A DNA stretch of 32,737 nt from Candidatus Cloacimonas sp. 4484_275 (GCA_002085205.1 NATF01000012.1:1-32737); one strand, 5' to 3'; positions 1 through 8,577 are shown, counted from the first letter of the stretch. The notes: a model not told the origin generated them from the sequence alone. A program made the numbers and translations.

Positions 1-491
1 TTATCTTTGTTTTCCCGCAAAATTTTTGCCAATCTTTCCTGAATAAAAGTTTTCGCTTTTATTTGCGGATTGGCGCGACAATTTCCGTGAAAATAAGTAT
101 CCAGATCGTTGAACATACGACGAATTGTCAGGTCGAGAATGGTGTCGATTCCGGAAAATCCTTTTTTGTGAAGCACGACTTTTTCCAATTCTTGCTCCAG
201 AAATTTTAGCATTTTGGCTTTATATTTTACTTTCTTGGGAATTTGGTGATGTTCGTTCACGGGAAAGTAAGGATTATCTATATAATATTCGCTGTTTTTA
301 TCTTTTATCAAAGGGTCGAGAGGTTTTTGGTAATTGCAATCCGCCCAATAAGCAAGCTCAAATTGAAAAGATTTTACGGGTTTTCCCATTCTCAATAAAC
401 CCTCTTTAATGGAAAGTTTCCACCACTCTTGCAAAAGTTCCTGCGGAGGTTTGTTTTTCAATCCGTGAATTCCGACGATTATTTTTTTCAT
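1..491 (-). CDS. alpha/beta-hydrolase-like protein, N-terminal part; gene runs off the left edge of the window
   Basis: Absent from the ORF track because it is open at the edge. Hand translation from the ATG at 491-489 gives MKKIIVGIHGLKNKPPQELLQEWWKLSIKEGLLRMGKPVKSFQFELAYWADCNYQ... with no stop down to position 1. The IHGLxNKP start resembles esterase/lipase-type hydrolases. The family call is tentative. Confidence 0.4.
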   Translation of the reverse strand, partial: MKKIIVGIHGLKNKPPQELLQEWWKLSIKEGLLRMGKPVKSFQFELAYWADCNYQKPLDPLIKDKNSEYYIDNPYFPVNEHHQIPKKVKYKAKMLKFLEQELEKVVLHKKGFSGIDTILDLTIRRMFNDLDTYFHGNCRANPQIKAKTFIQERLAKILRENKD

Positions 492-588
492 ATTTCCCCG
501 TTTTTTAGTATTTTTTGTTTTCGAGAAAGAAAATACTCTAAGTAAAAACAGCTATTCTCCCGAATGAAATCAGCCACATTCGAAATCT

Positions 589-616
589 GTCGTCCTTCGA
601 CTACGCTCAGGATGAC
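589..616. repeat. Palindromic REP/MITE-like element, copy 1 (GTCGTCCT-12 nt-AGGATGAC)
   Basis: The 28-nt core tccttcgactAcgctcaggatgac recurs at 1763-1790 with one mismatch. It has an 8-bp inverted-repeat stem (one G:T wobble) and lies in the intergenic region downstream of manC. Confidence 0.6.
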
Positions 617-677
617 GATTCGGTTTTATTTTTAAACATTACTTAACTTCTCTCAGGACGACTGTTCTGCAAAAGTA

Positions 678-1733
678 TCATAAATATTTTTGTAATTTCT
701 TTTCTTTTAAGATGTTAACCACTTTTTTCACATCTTCGGATTTATCGCGTGCAGAAATTAAAATAGCATCGTCGGTTTCCACGACTACCAAATTTTCCAC
801 TCCGATTAAAGTTACCAATTTTCGGGAATTAACATAATTTCCGTTGCTTTCCAAAACGATATTTTCCGCTTTCAGAACATTTTCGTTTTTATCTTTGGCG
901 GAAATATCATAAAGAGCCTTCCAACTTCCCACATCGCTCCAACCGTAATCAACCGGAATAACGATTCGTTTTTCCGCTTTTTCCATGATGCCAATATCAA
1001 CGGGAAGTTTCGGCATTCGGGCATATTCTTCGGAAATATCGGCTTGAATTCCGATTTTTTTCCATTTGCGGGAAATTTGCTCCAAAAGTCCGGAAACTTC
1101 CGGCAAATAATTGTGATAAGCCTTTAAAATCGTTTCCAATTTCCAAGCAAACATTCCGCTGTTCCAAAAGAAATTTCCGGCTTGCAGAAATCGTTCGGCC
1201 GTTTTCAAATCTGGTTTTTCTTTAAATTGTTTCACGACAAACATCTCGTCCGCAATTTTTCTTCCCGCTTCGATGTAGCCGTAACCGGTTGCCGGATAAT
1301 TCGGTTTGATACCGAATGTTACCAGAAAATCCTTTTCCGCGGCTTCGACGGCAATTTCCAAAGTTCGCAAAAATTCCCGCGTATTTTTAATCAAATGATC
1401 CGCCGCCAGAACAATCATTTTTTCGGAAGAATCGTATTTGCGAGCAAGATATTCCGCACTGAGCGCAATACACGGCGCCGTGTTCATTCCGAACGGCTCG
1501 ATGATAATATTTTCTTCCGGTAAATCCGGCAAATGCTTTTTCACCAATTTTGTTTGAGAAGCGGAAGTTACGATATAAATATCGTCTATTCGAATTTTCG
1601 GCAACAATCTTTCCACCGTCATTTGAATCATCGATTTCTCGGAAACGATTTTTAAGAATTGTTTCGGATTCGATTCCCGACTCAAGGGCCAAAAACGACT
1701 TCCGATTCCGCCCGCCATAATTAAAGCAATCAT
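678..1733 (-). CDS. manC: Mannose-1-phosphate guanylyltransferase (GDP-mannose pyrophosphorylase), short form without a cupin/PMI domain
   Basis: 351-aa ORF. The N-terminus MIALIMAGGIGSRFWPLSRESNPKQFL is the sugar-nucleotidyltransferase G-rich loop typical of ManC/CpsB. Confidence 0.85.
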   Translation of the reverse strand: MIALIMAGGIGSRFWPLSRESNPKQFLKIVSEKSMIQMTVERLLPKIRIDDIYIVTSASQTKLVKKHLPDLPEENIIIEPFGMNTAPCIALSAEYLARKYDSSEKMIVLAADHLIKNTREFLRTLEIAVEAAEKDFLVTFGIKPNYPATGYGYIEAGRKIADEMFVVKQFKEKPDLKTAERFLQAGNFFWNSGMFAWKLETILKAYHNYLPEVSGLLEQISRKWKKIGIQADISEEYARMPKLPVDIGIMEKAEKRIVIPVDYGWSDVGSWKALYDISAKDKNENVLKAENIVLESNGNYVNSRKLVTLIGVENLVVVETDDAILISARDKSEDVKKVVNILKEKKLQKYL

Positions 1734-1762
1734 TAAAAATTCTCCTCTATTTTTTTATTCCT

Positions 1763-1790
1763 GTCATCCTTCGACTTCGCTCAGGATGAC
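1763..1790. repeat. Palindromic REP/MITE-like element, copy 2 (GTCATCCT-12 nt-AGGATGAC)
   Basis: Perfect 8-bp stem with the same core as 589-616. It lies in the intergenic region upstream of manC, so the two copies bracket the gene. Confidence 0.6.
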
Positions 1791-1908
1791 AAATTTTTCC
1801 CGTTATAAAAACAAAATCCGTATTTTATTCGCTGCTTAAAATTCTCTTCTGTCGATAATATTTACATATCTTCCGGCAAATTTATTCTGAAAATTTCGGC
1901 TGGAATTG

Positions 1909-1962
1909 ATTTGTTCAAAATGATATTTTGAAATTATTTGTTCAAAATGATATTTTGAAATT
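1909..1962. repeat. Perfect 27-bp tandem duplication (2 copies) covering the lolA stop codon
   Basis: atttgttcaaaatgatattttgaaatt occurs at 1909-1935 and again at 1936-1962 with no mismatch. The copy at 1936-1962 (with t1935) encodes the LolA C-terminus FQNIILNK*. Confidence 0.9.
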
Positions 1963-2500
1963 CATATTTAACATAATTTCCGGCATCGTCAAAAAATGTA
2001 AAACCGACAATCAGGTTATGTTTTATCTTTACTTCAATTTTTTCTCCGGTTTCCGAAACCAATTCCACTTTGGAAAAGTTATCGGAATTTTCCAAAATTT
2101 TCTTCTCGGAATCATTCCAATAAAGCGCAATGAATTTATCGGGACGCAGTTCGGTATCAATTTTATCGGAAATCAGAGCTTGATTGGAAGTCGAATCGTA
2201 AATCGTGACGGCAAGCGTGTCAATGAGCATTTTTTGCCCCGCCGGTTCGGAATAATCAAGTAATAGAAAATTTTTATCATAAAAGATTTTACCGAGAGAT
2301 TTTTTCTCAACATCAAGCTCTTTCCAAAAATTTACCTGCTCGAAATCAGCTTGAAAAGACTTTATCGTTTTGTATTTTTTCTGCAAATCGGAATAAATCG
2401 TGTCTAATGTTTTTGTTTGCGCATAAAGCTGCGAACCGAAAATAATTGTCGTCAATAACAAGACAAATTCACAAAAAAATTTTCGCTTTCTTATTTTCAC
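1934..2500 (-). CDS. lolA: Outer-membrane lipoprotein carrier protein LolA family
   Basis: 188 aa with an N-terminal signal peptide (FFCEFVLLLTTIIFGSQLYAQ). FQADFEQ...GKIFYDKNFLLLDYSEPAGQKMLID matches the LolA fold signature. Position directly downstream of ftsK matches the ftsK-lolA arrangement of E. coli. Confidence 0.75.
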   Translation of the reverse strand: MKIRKRKFFCEFVLLLTTIIFGSQLYAQTKTLDTIYSDLQKKYKTIKSFQADFEQVNFWKELDVEKKSLGKIFYDKNFLLLDYSEPAGQKMLIDTLAVTIYDSTSNQALISDKIDTELRPDKFIALYWNDSEKKILENSDNFSKVELVSETGEKIEVKIKHNLIVGFTFFDDAGNYVKYEFQNIILNK

Positions 2501-2518
2501 TTTTTCCCGTTCCTCGTT

Positions 2519-4715
2519 TTATTCTTTCAAATATCCGTAAATTTTCAAATCTTCTTCGGAAGCCAGAACTTCCCGCGATTTACTGCCGACATGCGGACCG
2601 ATAATTCCGGCTTGTTCGAGCATATCTATCAATCTGCCGGCGCGCGCATAACCGATTTTGAAATGGCGTTGCAACATAGAAACGGAAGCGTTTCCGGCGG
2701 TTACAACAGCTACGGCGGCTTCGGGAAAAAGTTCGTCGTCGTATTCAAAATTTTCCAATTCGGTTTCTTCTTCATTCGGAATAATCTTGAAATCCTGTTC
2801 CGGCTTGGGTTGCGCTCTCAAATATTCCACCACATTTTGAATTTCCACATCGGAAATAAAAGCGCCGTGAATTCTTTCCACCGTTCCTTTTCCGGGCGGA
2901 AGAAAAAGCATATCTCCTTTTCCCAAAAGTTTTTCCGCACCATTGGCATCAATGATAACGCGGGAATCGATTTTTGTGGAAACTTTGAAGGCGATTCGGG
3001 AAGGAAAATTCGCTTTGATAATTCCGGTAATGACTTTGGTGGAAGGTCGTTGAGTCGCCAAAATCAAATGAATTCCGATGGCTCGCGCCATTTGTGCCAA
3101 ACGTGTAATCGGCCTTTCCACATCTTTCCCGACGGTCATCATCAAATCGGCAAATTCATCGACAACGATAACGATATAAGGAAGTTTCGTATCTTCCACC
3201 TCTTCCCCGTTTGCCAACAATCTTTCTATTTCGCGATTGTATCCGGCCAGATTTCTCACTTTGTATTTTTGCAGAAGTTCGTATCTTCTCTCCATTTCAA
3301 TTACGCCCCAATTCAAAGCGGCAAGCGCATTATCATTGTTCGGAAAGTTCAATTCTTTTCGGGTCTATCAGAACCAAACGCACTTCTTCGGGAGTGGTGC
3401 GGAAAAGAAGGCTATTGATAATTGTATTTACGCAAACACTTTTCCCGGATCCGGTCGCTCCCGCAATGAGCAAATGCGGCATTCCCGCCAAATCCGCCAC
3501 CACGGGATTTCCGGAAATATCCTTTCCGAGAGCAAAAGCAAGCACGCTGTCGTTGGAACGCATTTCTTCCGAAAGTAAAATATCTTTCAGAAAGATGGTG
3601 TCGCGATTTATGTTGGGAATTTCGATTCCAATTAAACCGCGTCCCGGAATCGGTGCTTGAACTCGAATGCTTTTTGCTTTGATAGCCAAAGCGAGATCAT
3701 TGACAAGTGAATGAAATTTGCTCACTTTCACACCCGGTGCGGGTTTAATTTCGTATTGCGTGATAATCGGTCCGATATTCACATTGATAACTTCCGCATC
3801 AACACTAAATTCCGCCAGTTTTTGCTCCAAAATTTTGCTGATCTTTTTTATGTTTTTCTCAATTTCCTCTCGGTTTCGTTTGCTTGACTTTGCACTAATA
3901 AGAAAAGATTCCACATCGGGTTTTTCATATTTCCGCGTCGGTTCGTCCGGCATATCTTCGGGATTTTGAGAAAGTTTTCTTTTCGGAATTTTCGGTTTGT
4001 AAATCGGCTCTTCTTCATCTTCTTCGGCAACATGATCTATGATATTGGGAACGGTTTCTTCTTTCGTTTTACGAACCGGAACTTTTTCCTTTTTCACAGT
4101 TTCTTTTTTGATTTTGGAAACTTTCGTTTTCTTTCTTCGCGAAAAGAGCGATAAAAATAATCGCCACAATTTTACGGAAATCGCAACAATAACTTTCTTG
4201 ATGTTTTCCACTTCAAAAATCATCAAAACAGAGGTGAGCGCAATTGCTATCGTAATAATTTGAGTTCCCGTATCGCCGAAAATTCCCGTGAAAAATTCGG
4301 AAATTTTTAGGTGAATAACTCCGACCGTCAACACTTCCGGTAATTGTTCCGCCGCTTTATTCGAGACAATCATCGCAAATTGCTGTCCGAAGAAAACGAG
4401 CGTCCAAAAAGAAAATATCTTCAAAAAAAGATTTTTCCGTGAAATATAAAAAATATGGAAAATTCCCAACAGAGCCGTTCCCAGAAAAACGGCGAGCGAG
4501 AAATATTTTCCGAAAATGTAAGAAAACCAGAAAGCGAAAAAAGCTCCGAAAGGACCTACAAGATTGTTAGTCGTGGGAAATTGCAATCCGATTATTTCAC
4601 CAAAAGACAAATTCGCCGATTTCAATTTCTGATAATCCAAAAAAATAACGGACGATTTTGCGCTTAAGGCAACTAAAAAGAGAATGGAAAGCAAAAATAC
4701 GGCAAACCAAAGACA
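2519..4715 (-). pseudogene. ftsK: DNA translocase FtsK, disrupted: N-terminus lost in a fusion to ychF, plus an internal deletion/frameshift at ~3333-3352
   Basis: Membrane domain (LWFAVFLLSILFLVAL...), Lys/Glu-rich linker and motor domain with Walker A LLIAGATGSGKS. The frame ends at ...LIDPKRIELSEQ* (3333). It resumes in another frame with NFPNNDNALAALNWGVIEMERRY... through the gamma winged helix (SVSMLQRHFKIGYARAGRLIDMLE). Confidence 0.85.
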
Positions 4716-5621
4716 TTCGGCTCGGATAAATCCGCGAGCAAGATCGGAATGTATTTTTCCTGCCGCTTCCAGAGCCGTGTTTCCTTTTTTGATTGTCCAA
4801 GCTCGCACTTCGTCTTTGCCAACCGTGAAAAAACTGATATAACCAAGTAGTTCATAAGAAAATTTCGTAAGACGGTCGCGCGCGGATTCTTTGATGTTCA
4901 ATTCCTCCATAAATTCTTTTGCCTCTTCCGCAGAAAGTCCTCCCAGCTCCATTTCAAACTTTCCGGCAAATTCGATAACTTTATAATTTTTTTCTATTTC
5001 GGAAATGAGTTCGGCATTTTGCCCGAAATTATTTTCATCGGAATTAAGGATTATCATTAGCGGTTTACGGCTGATAAATTGAAAACCGCGAATTGCTTTT
5101 TCCTCTTCTTCGTGAAGTTCCAACGAACGCAACGGCAGATTTTCATTCAAATGCGCAATTATTTTTTCAATCGCTTTCTCTTCAATTTGCAATTCCGGCG
5201 TTTTAATGCCGCGTTTTTTGCTTAATTCTATTTTCTCCAGTCGTTTTTCCGCTATAATCAAATCCGAAATGATAAGCTCGGAATCGATGCTTTCAATATC
5301 CTGAAGCGGTTGAGGATTTCCAAAACTTTGTGAAATCACATCATCGGAAAAATTGCGGATAACAAGCGCCAAAGCATCAGCGGTTTTTACCAAAGCGAGC
5401 GAAGAATCGGAAAAAACTCCGGATTTGGAAGAATCCGCTGTAAGTCCGACAAAATCAATGTATTCGATGGTGGCGTAAATAGTCTTTTTGGGTTGATACA
5501 TTTCCGAAAGTTTTGTAATGCGTTCATCTTTCACTTCCACGATTCCGAAATTCGGTTCTACTTTTCCGGTGGAATAAGCCGTTGTTTCCGCTTCCAATCC
5601 GGTGAGCGCGTTAAAAATAGT
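4716..5621 (-). pseudogene. ychF: Ribosome-binding ATPase YchF fragment, lacking the P-loop N-terminus and ~45 C-terminal residues
   Basis: Residues ~156-457 of the 917-aa ORF. It starts at TIFNALTG (E. coli has GKSTLFNALT, so the G1 P-loop is missing). It ends at FFTVGKDEVRAWTIKKGNTALEAAGKIHSDLARGFIRAE, which matches E. coli YFTAGVKEVRAWTI...AAGKIHTDFEKGFIRAQ. Confidence 0.8.
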
Positions 5622-6086
5622 TTCGAAAATTGTTATTCGCAAAACGGTCTTTTCGGGATATCTGTTTTTAACAAACACAATTGCCGGTTGAGTTTTCTTG
5701 CCGTCGATTTCCACGCCTTTTTGTAGTTTTTGAACTTGTAACCCCGTTATTTTACCTTTAACACTTACTTTGTAAACCTTCGGAAGTTTGAAACGCGGAT
5801 GAATTATCTTATGGGCAAAATCACCGTCGTTGGTAAACAGAAGCAAACCTTCCGAACGATAATCCAATCTGCCGATAGCAAAAAGATGTGTGTGAAAATC
5901 CGGTAACAAATCATAGACGGTTTTCCTCTGAAAATCATCGCGATGAGTCACCAAATAATTTTTCGGTTTATTCAACATCAAATAAATCTTTTCCGGCAGG
6001 AGTTTCACCCGCTTTCCTTGATATTCCACAACATCTTTTTCCGGATCGATACGAGCCGCCAATTCGGTGCAAACCGAACCGTTCAC
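5622..6086 (-). pseudogene. RsuA/RluB-family pseudouridine synthase fragment: S4 domain truncated at the N-terminus, C-terminal motif III missing
   Basis: Residues 1-155 of the 917-aa ORF: ...VNGSV..RIDPEKDVVEYQGKRV (end of the S4 domain), YLMLNKPKNYLVTH, and catalytic-Asp motif AIGRLDYRSEGLLLFTNDG. It stops at RITIFE, where the family continues EGRNRQ(I/V)RRM. Confidence 0.75.
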
Positions 6087-6088
6087 AA

Positions 6089-6574
6089 CTATTTTTCCAA
6101 AGATTCCTTCATTATCGTATCAAAAAGATCCTGATAAATTTTATTCTGTGCTTCCTCTTCGGTCTTGAATTCACTCAATTCATTGCTGCCGGAATAGGTT
6201 TCCGAAAGCACCAACGAGTTATTTTGATATAAAATTTTATTTTTCTTTAAATCGGTAAATATAATTTTGAACAGAATTTTTACTTCATATTCATCCACAT
6301 TTTCATTACCGTAAGAATAAATTTTGTTCGAATAATCGAGAATTTCCCCTTCAAGTTTACAATCCGGATTCAAATCGACTATTTTTAATCTGCCGTCTTT
6401 TTCAAACAAATCCGTAAGTTTTAAAAGCAGATTCTCTTCGAGTTCATACTCGGTTGTATTATTGGAAAAAGTCGCAATTTTAATGGTTTTCAGATAAGGA
6501 TAACTGTTTGTGTAAACAGAATAACTGCAAGACAATAAAAGCACAAAAATAATTATCAACATTTTCTTTATCAT
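6089..6574 (-). CDS. LptE-like LPS-assembly lipoprotein (tentative)
   Basis: 161 aa with lipobox VLLLSC. TIKIATFSNNTTEYELEENLLLKLTDLF...CKLEGEILDY... resembles LptE/RlpB-type lipoproteins. The last ~10 codons overlap the truncated S4 reading frame. Confidence 0.5.
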   Translation of the reverse strand: MIKKMLIIIFVLLLSCSYSVYTNSYPYLKTIKIATFSNNTTEYELEENLLLKLTDLFEKDGRLKIVDLNPDCKLEGEILDYSNKIYSYGNENVDEYEVKILFKIIFTDLKKNKILYQNNSLVLSETYSGSNELSEFKTEEEAQNKIYQDLFDTIMKESLEK

Positions 6575-6604
6575 AGTCGTTAAGACATTTTTTTAATTTT
6601 TTTT

Positions 6605-6629
6605 GTCAAGGACAACTCTTATCCTTGAC
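6605..6629. promoter_or_regulatory. Inverted repeat GTCAAGGA-9 nt-TCCTTGAC in the divergent intergenic region; each arm carries an outward-facing TTGACA (-35-like)
   Basis: Seen directly in ttttGTCAAGGAcaactcttaTCCTTGACAtaat. I could not identify a convincing -10 box at proper spacing. Confidence 0.25.
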
Positions 6630-6679
6630 ATAATAACGGAAATAATAATTTTTCAAATCGCAATATTAAAGGAGAGAAG

Positions 6680-7345
6680 ATGGAGAAGAAATATTTAACT
6701 TTAAAACAAGCCGCAAGCTTTTTGAAGGTAACCGATTCGGTTATCAAGGAAATGATTAAATCCAATGTTTTTACGGTTCACAAAAAAGGAAACAGCTATC
6801 AAATCGACAAAGCCGAAATTGACGAATGGCTGGCAAATCTGAATGACCAAGAAGTGGAACAATTGGCGTTGAAACGGTCGGTCTGCAGATTTTCCGATTA
6901 TTTACGTTCCCGCAATGTGATTCTTGATTTTAAAGCGGATAACAAATATGAAGCGATTGCGGAAATGTCTAAAAAGGCAAAAGATTTGAAAATCGTGCGG
7001 GATCATCGTTGGCTTTATCAGGTCGTTGTGGCGCGAGAAGAACTTGTTTCCACCGCTATCGGCAAAGGCGTTGCGTTGTTGCATCCGCGTCATCATCATC
7101 CCACCAAAATCAAAAAACCTTCCGTAATTTTCGGAAGATCGGCGCAGGGAATCGAATTTGACGCTCCGGATAATAAGCCGGTAAATTTGTTTTTTATGCT
7201 TTTGTTACACGACGATATTCAACATTTGTTTTCAATCTCGTATATCTCGAAATTTTTGATGAATGAAGAAAATTTAGAGATACTGAGAACCGCAACCACA
7301 AACGAAGAAATAATTCACGCTCTTACAAGAAAAGTTTTGGAATAA
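6680..7345 (+). CDS. Excisionase/MerR-type HTH domain fused to a PTS EIIA (type 2, PtsN-like) domain; putative regulator
   Basis: The N-terminus LTLKQAASFLKVTDSVIKEMIKSNVFTVHKKGNSYQIDKAEIDEWL is an excisionase-family HTH. The C-terminus REELVSTAIGKGVALLHPRHHH...PVNLFFMLLL matches the EIIA-2 core with the phosphorylatable His context. A good RBS (aaaggagag) lies upstream. Confidence 0.7.
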   Translation: MEKKYLTLKQAASFLKVTDSVIKEMIKSNVFTVHKKGNSYQIDKAEIDEWLANLNDQEVEQLALKRSVCRFSDYLRSRNVILDFKADNKYEAIAEMSKKAKDLKIVRDHRWLYQVVVAREELVSTAIGKGVALLHPRHHHPTKIKKPSVIFGRSAQGIEFDAPDNKPVNLFFMLLLHDDIQHLFSISYISKFLMNEENLEILRTATTNEEIIHALTRKVLE

Positions 7346-7370
7346 TCGGTTTCACGTGAAACCGATTATT
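7341..7370. terminator. Perfect 30-bp palindrome between convergent genes, followed by a T-run; bidirectional intrinsic terminator candidate
   Basis: aataatcggtttcac|gtgaaaccgattatt, then ttttg. It overlaps both stop codons (7343-7345 and 7366-7368). Confidence 0.55.
7346..7361. promoter_or_regulatory. parS-like centromere site (14/16 match to TGTTTCACGTGAAACA)
   Basis: GGTTTCACGTGAAACC: the inner 14 bp equal the Firmicutes/general parS consensus, and only the two outermost symmetric positions differ. Confidence 0.5.
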
Positions 7371-8565
7371 TTTTGTTGTTATACTCTTTTATCCAATTCA
7401 GGGTTTTAAAATATTTATTTGAGGCATTCCAGAGAATATATCCATCTGCTTTTGCATCTACAACGGCACCTATTTGCGCATAAATATACGCCGGTTTATA
7501 ATTCACTTTCCAACTATTCGCTTGAATATACGGAATTATTCTGCAAGTAGGTTTGGAATATCTTTTCGTTAGTTTCGTTCCCTTAAAAACAATGTAATAC
7601 GGTTCATTGGAAACATTTTTCCTAAAACCGAAATTATCCGCAAAGTGCGAAGAATAAATCATCGGATGAATTGCATCCAAATATTTGGTTAATCTTTTAA
7701 TGTCTTGACCGGTATTTTTTACATCCGCCTCTCTCTGCCAAGCAACAATGGCAAAAATATCGCCGGTTAACATAATATTATGTTTAGAACATATTTTTTT
7801 AACTTTTTTCACAAAATTTTCTATTATATCGGTTTTATTTCTGAATTCATAAGTGCTGTCTCGAAGAGCAATTAAAGAATCTTCCCTTTCATAATAAAAT
7901 TCTGCGTTCTTTAAATTTCCCTGCGTAGGAAACCTTATATAATCAAGTTGGATTTCATCGATTCCGCTTTTTGCGGCATCTTCGATAATATTTATCAACT
8001 CTTTTTGTACTCGCGGCTGCGAAGGATCAAGCCAAGAAGCTTTCCTTCTTTTACTCTCTTTCCAAGCCTCTTTTGTTTGTTTGTTCTTTGGTCTGAGTGT
8101 CGAATCTTGTTCGGCGGAAAATTGATCGTGAAACATAACAATTCTTCCTACCGCTCTCATTTTTCGTTCGTGTAAAATATTCACGACCGACGAGATATCA
8201 ACTATCGGTTTTAATCTTCCCTTCTTTTCCTGTTTAAGCGGAACTTTGAAAAAAATATGGCCGTTCATGTTTTTCAGATCAAAAACGACTGTGTTTATTC
8301 CCGCGGCAGCCGCACTATCTAAAATTGGCAAAAATTTCTTGGAAGCAACGGTATAAGCATTTAAGTATATTCCCTTCGTAAAAGAATAAGGAGAAATGTG
8401 TGAAACAGGTTTCTTTTTTTCCGGTTTATTTTCGGAAACATGATTCTCTTCCGCCTTTACGATATTGTTTGAATGAATTGTATTATTTTGGGATTTAATG
8501 TTTTTTCGGCAACTCAAAACAACGATAATAAGTAGTAATATTATAAAATATTTTTTATGTAACAT
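7366..8565 (-). CDS. Putative glycoside-hydrolase-like TIM-barrel lipoprotein (DUF4015/GHL-type)
   Basis: Lipobox IIVVLSC. KGIYLNAYTV...INTVVFDLKNMNGHIFF...RIVMFHDQ...SWLDPS...GIDEIQLDYIRFP matches the DUF4015 pattern. The ORF-track start at 8577 is TTG, and I prefer the ATG at 8565 (MLHKKYF). Confidence 0.55.
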   Translation of the reverse strand: MLHKKYFIILLLIIVVLSCRKNIKSQNNTIHSNNIVKAEENHVSENKPEKKKPVSHISPYSFTKGIYLNAYTVASKKFLPILDSAAAAGINTVVFDLKNMNGHIFFKVPLKQEKKGRLKPIVDISSVVNILHERKMRAVGRIVMFHDQFSAEQDSTLRPKNKQTKEAWKESKRRKASWLDPSQPRVQKELINIIEDAAKSGIDEIQLDYIRFPTQGNLKNAEFYYEREDSLIALRDSTYEFRNKTDIIENFVKKVKKICSKHNIMLTGDIFAIVAWQREADVKNTGQDIKRLTKYLDAIHPMIYSSHFADNFGFRKNVSNEPYYIVFKGTKLTKRYSKPTCRIIPYIQANSWKVNYKPAYIYAQIGAVVDAKADGYILWNASNKYFKTLNWIKEYNNKK

Positions 8566-8577
8566 ATATTCGTACAA

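Noticed and set aside
125-409. 94-aa plus-strand ORF at the left edge
   Set aside because: It is antisense to the edge-truncated hydrolase-like gene, which has a clean ATG at 491 and a long uninterrupted frame.
2591-3660. Long plus-strand ORFs (2591-3418 at 275 aa, 3211-3660 at 149 aa, 3237-3578) opposite ftsK
   Set aside because: They are antisense to a confidently identified gene. The translations are low-complexity (Phe/Ser/Arg/Gly-rich) with no recognisable motifs. Such shadow ORFs are typical of AT-rich genomes.
3333-6086. Treating the 917-aa ORF as a genuine multidomain RluB-YchF-FtsK protein
   Set aside because: Each module is truncated inside conserved core motifs: the YchF P-loop is missing, the synthase motif III is missing, and the FtsK N-terminus is missing. 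Domain boundaries are not respected, so it is better explained as collapsed neighbouring genes.
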